Part shown: positions 63,629 through 64,000 of the stretch, piece after piece
Numbering within the stretch: position 1 is the first letter of the stretch
Layout of the letters: each line of letters opens with the position of its first letter
DNA from: Dimorphilus gyrociliatus
Taxonomy: Eukaryota; Animalia; Annelida
Assembly (NCBI GenBank): GCA_904063045.1
Contig: CAJFCJ010000015.1
Coordinates: 372,001-436,000, forward strand
Direction of reading: 5' to 3'
DNA length: 64,000 nt
Notes under the pieces: generated by a model
What the model was told of the DNA's origin: nothing
The model's input: only the letters and a program-made list of their open reading frames with translations
Databases searched by the model: none
Made by a program: the position numbers and the translations under genes

Positions 63629-64000
63629 TTAAAGGCCACATTCTCCACCAGCAACACGGACGTCATCGATACCGATATCAGCAAATGCACCTAGGTCCAA
63701 GATTGTCTCAAAGACAATCTTGTAACCGAACCTAGTCAGTTCGCCTGGCACGTCTATGTTCGCTTTTGTCCAGAATGTGCCTTGATTGCCATACGCCGAC
63801 CACTTTGGTGTCGGACCACTATCTTTTGTGTGGGTATACACATTTAACGTTCCTACGTTATAACCAACCATATAATAGAAGAAACTAACACAATGACTGT
63901 CCATCCCAAAATAATAGGGACTAGCAATAAAAGTTTTTTGACCTCTGTATCGACCTCTTTCTGGTGAACTACTTGCAATATGCAGAAAATAGCCTGTCGG
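63629..64000 (-). CDS. 3' end of a MAM-domain protein (partial; the gene continues beyond the window)
   Basis: The frame is open from the window edge to TAA at 63629: PTGYFLHIASS...IASPYYFGMDSHCVSFFYYMVGYNVGTLNVY...KWSAYGNQGTFWTKANIDV...KIVFETILDLGAFADIGIDDVRVAGGECGL. This matches the MAM consensus (CLxFxYxMxG, GxQGxxW, GDIAIDDV..C). Confidence 0.85.
   Translation of the reverse strand, partial: PTGYFLHIASSSPERGRYRGQKTFIASPYYFGMDSHCVSFFYYMVGYNVGTLNVYTHTKDSGPTPKWSAYGNQGTFWTKANIDVPGELTRFGYKIVFETILDLGAFADIGIDDVRVAGGECGL

Noticed and set aside
1-64000. tRNA, rRNA, snRNA, known miRNA, CRISPR array or transposase genes
   Set aside because: The GTTCGA hits I checked lack tRNA cloverleaf context. 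I saw no regularly spaced repeat-spacer array, no conserved miRNA sequence that I recognise and no transposase or reverse-transcriptase ORF. A covariance-model scan was not possible.
991-64000. The genes as a single functional cluster
   Set aside because: PLC-epsilon, the PAN protein, SDR, HGSNAT, the CA-like protein, 5-HT7 and the MAM protein share no evident pathway; ordinary eukaryotic gene neighbourhood is the simpler explanation.

Overview
AT-rich, intron-containing animal genomic DNA with compact introns (shortest about 60 nt). The 5-HT7 sequence style suggests a spiralian invertebrate, but this is inference. I built the gene models by hand from GT-AG boundaries and reading-frame continuity. 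Contents: (1) a 23-exon phospholipase C epsilon gene, + 991..23441, about 3072 aa; (2) a secreted PAN/Apple-domain protein with an intronless CDS, + 24777..25853; (3) a 4-exon SDR9C-type short-chain dehydrogenase, - 28075..29247, head-to-head with (4) the lysosomal acetyltransferase HGSNAT, + 30172..39732; (5) a secreted alpha-carbonic-anhydrase-like protein lacking two zinc ligands, + 43121..45225; (6) a 5-HT7-type serotonin receptor, - 50383..53058; (7) the 3' end of a MAM-domain gene at the right edge. The strongest finding is that the HGSNAT exon encoding the catalytic Asn/His/Asp is tandemly duplicated. The two 108-nt copies are only 42 nt apart, which predicts mutually exclusive splicing that gives two enzymes with different active-site loops. 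Other leads: FERM-like lobes inside the PLC-epsilon RasGEF region, an alternative PLC-epsilon terminal exon that would drop both RA domains, tandem CLEAR/M-box motifs at the HGSNAT start, and many TA-C(A/T)G-TA motifs in TA tracts that resemble Tc1/mariner excision footprints. No rRNA, tRNA, CRISPR array or intact transposase was recognised.
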